Origin: a virus
Lineage: Duplodnaviria; Caudoviricetes
DNA: 41,826 nucleotides
Virus record (IMG/VR): IMGVR_UViG_3300020530_000015
Span: 1 to 41,826 of that record
Reading direction: 5' to 3' (one strand)
This document shows, piece after piece, positions 37,020-41,826 of the stretch. The first letter of the stretch is position 1. Each line of letters opens with the position of its first letter. A program made the translations under genes and the position numbers. A model generated the notes under the pieces. The model worked only from the letters and a program-made list of their open reading frames with translations, was not told the origin of the DNA and did no database searches.

Positions 37020-37477
37020 TGGCAGCAGAGCGACAAGACGGACAAGTTCAAGAATCAGTAAACGCCTTCCTGGCGTTCCTGCTGATTTGTTTGGTAATGC
37101 TTGTACCGATTGCTTGCCGGCACTGGTTGGATGTTTCGCGTGGCCTGAAGGAAGCCGACGAGATTGCGGCTAACTTGCCCAACTGGCCGCTGCAGGAAAC
37201 AGAGCCTCTGCCGTCGGTGGTTGTCGACCAGGACAGCAAAGACGATTCGCAACTCAAGCCCGAAGTGGTGATGTTCTCGCGGCCTGGTTGTCCGCCATGC
37301 GACTACTGGTGGATGACGCACCGCCCAGCCTGGGAGAAAAAAGGCTGGCCGGTGAAGAAGGTCGAGTATAGCGGGCCGGTTCCTACACCCTTTTTTGATG
37401 TTTGCGACGGCGAAAAGAGGTTTCGCGTCGACGGCATGTTGACCTTCGAGAGCTACAAGAAAGCAGGCGGGCGATGA
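37016..37477 (+). CDS. Membrane-anchored thioredoxin-like protein
   Basis: TM helix, FSRPGCPPC, PTPFF cis-Pro loop. Confidence 0.75.
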   Translation: MMAAERQDGQVQESVNAFLAFLLICLVMLVPIACRHWLDVSRGLKEADEIAANLPNWPLQETEPLPSVVVDQDSKDDSQLKPEVVMFSRPGCPPCDYWWMTHRPAWEKKGWPVKKVEYSGPVPTPFFDVCDGEKRFRVDGMLTFESYKKAGGR

Positions 37478-37758
37478 GTTGGCTAGTCTCGCAACTAGAT
37501 ACAAGCGTGATGCGTTCTCCCGATGGCCAATGGAGCCTCGTCGGCGTTTTGATCGTCGGCTTTGCTGGGACGCTTACCGCCTTGGTTTGGATATTCCGCC
37601 GGATGGATGCTGATAGAACTCAAGAAATCAAAGACTTGAAGCAGAAGATCGATGAGCTAGAAGAGCGGAATCGGCTTTGCTATGAAGATCGGTTAAAGAT
37701 CCACGCCGAGTTGGTTGCGTTACGTCGCGAAGTCGAGTTGCTGAAGTCGAGGGGATGA
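37474..37758 (+). CDS. TM plus coiled-coil protein (holin-like)
   Basis: LVGVLIVGFAGTLTALVWIF followed by heptad repeats. Confidence 0.55.
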   Translation: MSWLVSQLDTSVMRSPDGQWSLVGVLIVGFAGTLTALVWIFRRMDADRTQEIKDLKQKIDELEERNRLCYEDRLKIHAELVALRREVELLKSRG

Positions 37759-37883
37759 TGCAAGACATGATGACCGGTTGGCAAATCATGTACATCTACG
37801 CGGTCAACTACCCGACCCATTCGACGTTTGTTGCCGGCGTGTTGTTCTTTGGCGGATGGCTGCTTGGGAGGGCTCGATGGTAG
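37755..37883 (+). CDS. 42-aa TM peptide
   Basis: Read manually; overlaps both neighbours; FVAGVLFFGGWLLG. Confidence 0.4.
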   Translation: MMQDMMTGWQIMYIYAVNYPTHSTFVAGVLFFGGWLLGRARW

Positions 37884-38251
37884 CTTTCCTCGCTCTTGCC
37901 ATGTTTCTGCCGACAGCGTGCATCGATCAATGCGATGTGGTCGAGCTTAACCATTTCCACGACGTCACCGGCAAGCCGTGCTTCGATCAACTGATCTTCT
38001 GGGAATGGGATTCGGTTGATCGGGAAATGATCGTGAAGGCTTGGCGGATGCAGAACGAGCCGGACGTAACATTGCTGCGAGACTGCGGCGGCGTGGTGGC
38101 TACTTGGTTCGATCGCGAAACCCGTTGTCATCGCGAAGTGCGTGCCAGCCATTTCCGCGAATCCTGGACGCAGCACGATCCCGAGCGGGCAAACCGCAAG
38201 CTACGACATGAAACAGAACGAACAGGGTTGATTAAGAGGGTTGCTAAATGA
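37877..38251 (+). CDS. Hypothetical protein with signal-like N-terminus
   Basis: GGGAGG RBS; VELNHF.D..G...FDQLIFW. Confidence 0.6.
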   Translation: MVAFLALAMFLPTACIDQCDVVELNHFHDVTGKPCFDQLIFWEWDSVDREMIVKAWRMQNEPDVTLLRDCGGVVATWFDRETRCHREVRASHFRESWTQHDPERANRKLRHETERTGLIKRVAK

Positions 38252-39738
38252 CGGGATTCGCCGACGTTCCGTTCTCGCAGATTAAAGGCAATGCGACTAG
38301 CAATCAGTCGCTAGTTGATAATTTTGCCAAGCTTGAGTCGACCACGCAGACCGTCGAGGCTGCCGCGTTTTCAATCTATGACGACTTAAACTTGCAGCAC
38401 TACGACCTAACAAGTAGTGGCAATACGCTGTATTACAGCGGAAATCTTGTTCTTGATCAGACAACCGGAGCACAGCTTGATGATCAATCGCAGATTGTTG
38501 GCATGGCTCAGCTTAACCTGTTTGATGTCACCGCGGACGCCTACGCCGGCTTGACCGTGGATAACGGCGAACTGCTGCTAGCCGGCAACCCAGTCGGCGG
38601 TGATCCGATAACGACTGGCAGCACCGACAACGCCATCCTTCGAGCTGACGGAACAGGCGGAGCCACGCTGCAAAACTCGGCGATTGTCATTGATGATGAA
38701 ATCGTCCCCTTCGCTTGTACTGGCGTTGCTTCGACCGATGTTGTCACGGCAGTCGGTCATAACTTTACGGCCAATCAAGGAGTCAGATTCCCAACACTCA
38801 CAGGTGGCGGAAACCTTAACACAACCACGATTTATTTTGTGCGAGACATTAGTGGAGACACGTTTAAGGTTTCCACAACCGCTGGCGGTTCGGCAAGAGA
38901 CATTACCACCGACATCACAGCCGGAACTGTTGTTGCCGTGCAAGAAAACGTCACCATCCGGAATAACTCAACGACTACCAATTCACCTATTGTTTTAACT
39001 CCGAAAGGCAATGGCGGGTTTGTTTTAGGACCGAAACCCGATGGAACGCTTTCCGGTGGAAATCGTCGGGGACAATATGCCGTTGATTTGCAGATTTATC
39101 GCACCGATGCAAACGATCCAGCGAGTGTTGCATCCGGTGATTTTTCGTTTTTAACAGGAAGCAATTCTCGCACATCTGGTACTCGATCATCGGCCCTCGG
39201 GATTTACAATAGTACAGTATCGGGATTTAACGCTTCTGCAGTCGGATGCTTTGATTCAAATTTAAACTCGTCTTTTGCGTTAGGTTTGGGAGGAGTTTGC
39301 GCTCCGAATGGAAAGTTCGGAGTCGTTTGTTTTGGTCAGCAGACATACGCATCGCAGGTAATTCTTGGCCAGCTTACGCAGGTGACAACAACGAATTCTT
39401 CTGTAGAACTTTCGCTCTGGGGAACAGCTAGCCTCGAAAGGTTCGCAATACCGTCGGGAAGAATAAACCATTTTCTTATTTCAATAACTGGCGTTCGATC
39501 GGATGGCAGTGCTTCCGCTCATTATCTCCGCCAGTACGCTATCAAAAACGTTGCTGGAACAACCAGCGAAGTTTTCGCTCCCGTAACGATTGGAACTGAT
39601 ACAGCAAGCGGAACGAGCATTTCAATAACGGCAAACGACACCAACGACGCATTGAAAATTGAGTGTACCGGAGTCTCGTCGCAGACGTGGAGATGGCATG
39701 CAGTTGTTTGGTGTTCGGAGCTTGCTTATGGAACCTGA
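38248..39738 (+). CDS. Tail fibre-like structural protein
   Basis: STDNAILRADGTGG, GN.RG..AVDLQ, ASGDFS repeats; Thr/Gly/Ser-rich. Confidence 0.7.
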   Translation: MTGFADVPFSQIKGNATSNQSLVDNFAKLESTTQTVEAAAFSIYDDLNLQHYDLTSSGNTLYYSGNLVLDQTTGAQLDDQSQIVGMAQLNLFDVTADAYAGLTVDNGELLLAGNPVGGDPITTGSTDNAILRADGTGGATLQNSAIVIDDEIVPFACTGVASTDVVTAVGHNFTANQGVRFPTLTGGGNLNTTTIYFVRDISGDTFKVSTTAGGSARDITTDITAGTVVAVQENVTIRNNSTTTNSPIVLTPKGNGGFVLGPKPDGTLSGGNRRGQYAVDLQIYRTDANDPASVASGDFSFLTGSNSRTSGTRSSALGIYNSTVSGFNASAVGCFDSNLNSSFALGLGGVCAPNGKFGVVCFGQQTYASQVILGQLTQVTTTNSSVELSLWGTASLERFAIPSGRINHFLISITGVRSDGSASAHYLRQYAIKNVAGTTSEVFAPVTIGTDTASGTSISITANDTNDALKIECTGVSSQTWRWHAVVWCSELAYGT

Positions 39739-40360
39739 TAAAAACATTTTCAAAACGGTTGGGTTGATTCCTTCGAAAAGCCTAGTGAGCTTAAAGCTGC
39801 TAGAAGACGGGAGCTTCGATGAAGTTCCGAAAGATCAAGTTCCAATTCCTTTTTTCAAACTACCGAAGCCAGACCATGACACCTGGTCGCAGACTTGCGA
39901 GCCGAAGCTGGTTTGGTTTGATGATCGCGTCGAACGGGATTGGGAGGTCGTGACCAAGCCCGATTCATTGCCAGCCTTCTTTGATTGGCTCAGCAATCAA
40001 CGCTGGCAGAAAGAAACCGGAGGGATAACTGTAGGCGAGCAACCGATCAGCACGCATCGCGACGAGGCCGCCCACTGGCTGGCTAGATATTCCGACGCTA
40101 CCCGCTGGCTGCTGGAAGATGCCACAGCCCGAGCCATCAACCCGGACGGGATCTACCCCTACAAACCAAAGCACGGCGAGCCAGTCTACCTATCGGCAAC
40201 GCAAGTAGTCCGGGCGTACCTTTGCCAAGCTTGGTACGTAAACGCTTGTTTCGCCGTCGAGAAAGCCGCTGCCGACGCGGTCAAAGGCGGAGCAGCCATC
40301 GGCGATGTTGTCGCCTCGATTCAATGGCCACAAACTTCCTTTGATTGGGAGCCAAGCTAA
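39728..40360 (+). CDS. Tail fibre-associated protein (DUF4376-like)
   Basis: RWQKETGGITV....I.T.R...VNACFAVE. Confidence 0.6.
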   Translation: MEPDKNIFKTVGLIPSKSLVSLKLLEDGSFDEVPKDQVPIPFFKLPKPDHDTWSQTCEPKLVWFDDRVERDWEVVTKPDSLPAFFDWLSNQRWQKETGGITVGEQPISTHRDEAAHWLARYSDATRWLLEDATARAINPDGIYPYKPKHGEPVYLSATQVVRAYLCQAWYVNACFAVEKAAADAVKGGAAIGDVVASIQWPQTSFDWEPS

Positions 40361-41751
40361 TGGTTATCCAGTTCCTCAGCTTTGCCGACCAGTCGCCGTT
40401 GCCAACGGTGACGGTCTGGAACTCGACCTACACAACAAGCTATTCGACAACTGTCGCTCAACTTGGATCGGCTAACAGCTACACCGCTACGTTTGACGCC
40501 TCGGCGTTGTCCGGTTATTACTGGGTCGTGGTCGCTGGCACGGATTACGAGCAAACCTTTGCAATTAAGATCGTTGACAACAAGATCCCGCAATACACAG
40601 CGGGAACGATCGACGAATTAAAGCAGATGGAAGGCGGCAGGTATGTTGAAACATCAGCTTCGACGGCAGCATTGACGCTGTCGTCTGGTCACAATGCAAT
40701 CATAGCGAGCGAGATTGAGAGCACTGGAGGAGGAGGGGCAGCGTTAGTTCTCAACGGTGGCAGCCAGAGCGTTCAATCGCAGCTGATCTACTCGTCACTT
40801 TATGATGGCATCATTATGACTGCCGGACAGCATGCCGTCGATTGCGAGTTTATCTCAGCCGGGAGCGATGCCATAGCTTCTGAAGGTGCCGGATCGGTAA
40901 CGGTCAAGGCTCATCACATCGTCTGCGATTCATGCTGTAACATGGAGTCGGCTGGCATTATTACGCTAACCGCCGAGTCGATTTCCTGTGGGGCCTCTTT
41001 GATCGAAGCCACTGATAGCGGCGTCATCAACATACAGTCACATAGAATCTCTACACCGAATGTCATCGTACAAACGTCAGGACTGCAAGTCACAATCAAA
41101 GATGCTGTTATCGGCGGGTTGCTTGAGCCAGTAGCCTGTTTGGCTGGAACGCTGGAACTGATCAATTGCTACATCCGCGGAAGCCTAACGCAAAGCGGGA
41201 CTGGCGTTGTCAGAATGTCAAATACCGTGGTTACCGGCACGATAACCGGGACAATCAGCGAGTACCACGACCTTACCCAGCAAGATATTCGCGACTCAAT
41301 GAAGCTCGCTCCAAGTGCTGGAGCGGCAGCGGCGAATAGTATTGATGACAAGATCGATGACCTCGCAGCTGGAGGCACCATCACGCACGTCGGCCCAGTA
41401 GATCCTGAGGGAGTAATTACCTCGCCGATCATCATCGGGGACGACTACCTAGCGACCAATGATCGAGCTTTCATCTGGACTATCGATGAGGTCGACAACT
41501 TCACCGTAGCCACCGCCGTCTCCTATCTCGGCCTAAAGAAGGATGACGATAACTCGATCATCAAGCAGGGCACTGTCAGCGACAACAACGACGGAACCTG
41601 GGATCTATCTATCGACCTGACCAGAACTGATACCGCCTCGCTCGAGCCAGGCTTATACGAATGGTCGGTTGAAATTAGGTCGGCCGGTGGAACGGAAATC
41701 ACGCCGGTCCGGTATGGCGAGCGAGTCCGATTGGTAGCGAAACAAACGTGA
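40360..41751 (+). CDS. Virion protein with beta-helix-like core and Ig-like C-terminus
   Basis: Repeated short beta strands; IIIGDDY...DTASLEPGLYEWSVE. Confidence 0.6.
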   Translation: MVIQFLSFADQSPLPTVTVWNSTYTTSYSTTVAQLGSANSYTATFDASALSGYYWVVVAGTDYEQTFAIKIVDNKIPQYTAGTIDELKQMEGGRYVETSASTAALTLSSGHNAIIASEIESTGGGGAALVLNGGSQSVQSQLIYSSLYDGIIMTAGQHAVDCEFISAGSDAIASEGAGSVTVKAHHIVCDSCCNMESAGIITLTAESISCGASLIEATDSGVINIQSHRISTPNVIVQTSGLQVTIKDAVIGGLLEPVACLAGTLELINCYIRGSLTQSGTGVVRMSNTVVTGTITGTISEYHDLTQQDIRDSMKLAPSAGAAAANSIDDKIDDLAAGGTITHVGPVDPEGVITSPIIIGDDYLATNDRAFIWTIDEVDNFTVATAVSYLGLKKDDDNSIIKQGTVSDNNDGTWDLSIDLTRTDTASLEPGLYEWSVEIRSAGGTEITPVRYGERVRLVAKQT

Positions 41752-41783
41752 GAGCTAATGTGAAAATTCCCCCCCAAAACCGT

Positions 41784-41826
41784 GGGTCCCTCCCCCCCCA
41801 TATGGTCAAGTGCGGCGGCGAAAAGG
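41784..41826. other. Right end: cosQ-like GGGTCCC and 12-bp terminal repeat
   Basis: GGGTCCC at 41784-41790 resembles lambda cosQ GGGTCCT; 41815-41826 equals 1-12. Confidence 0.45.

Overview
This looks like a complete or near-complete ~41.8 kb tailed dsDNA phage genome with a siphovirus-like, lambda-type head module. The first and last 12 bases are identical. Gene order: ParB and Mom-like modifier; terminase; lambda-type portal; protease-capsid fusion; neck and tail genes with a -1 frameshifted chaperone; Cys-rich tail-end proteins; a small leftward operon; an early region with CsrA, RecE/RecT, helicase plus methyltransferase, ParB-like genes, a PP-loop enzyme and a QueF-like plus TGT/DpdA-like pair; a replication initiator with iterons; a putative lysis block with a papain-like protease and a thioredoxin; and distal tail-fibre-like genes. 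No integrase or canonical endolysin was recognised. A Planctomycetota host is a tentative inference. The main unexplained structure is two short arrays of integron-like gene cassettes (attC-like hairpins with cassette-end complementarity) in the early region, with no IntI in the genome. Removing array 1 exactly restores a ribosome-binding site in front of a phage gene. Each array lies next to a non-canonical tRNA-like RNA. All protein calls come from motifs and gene context read by eye, not from database searches.
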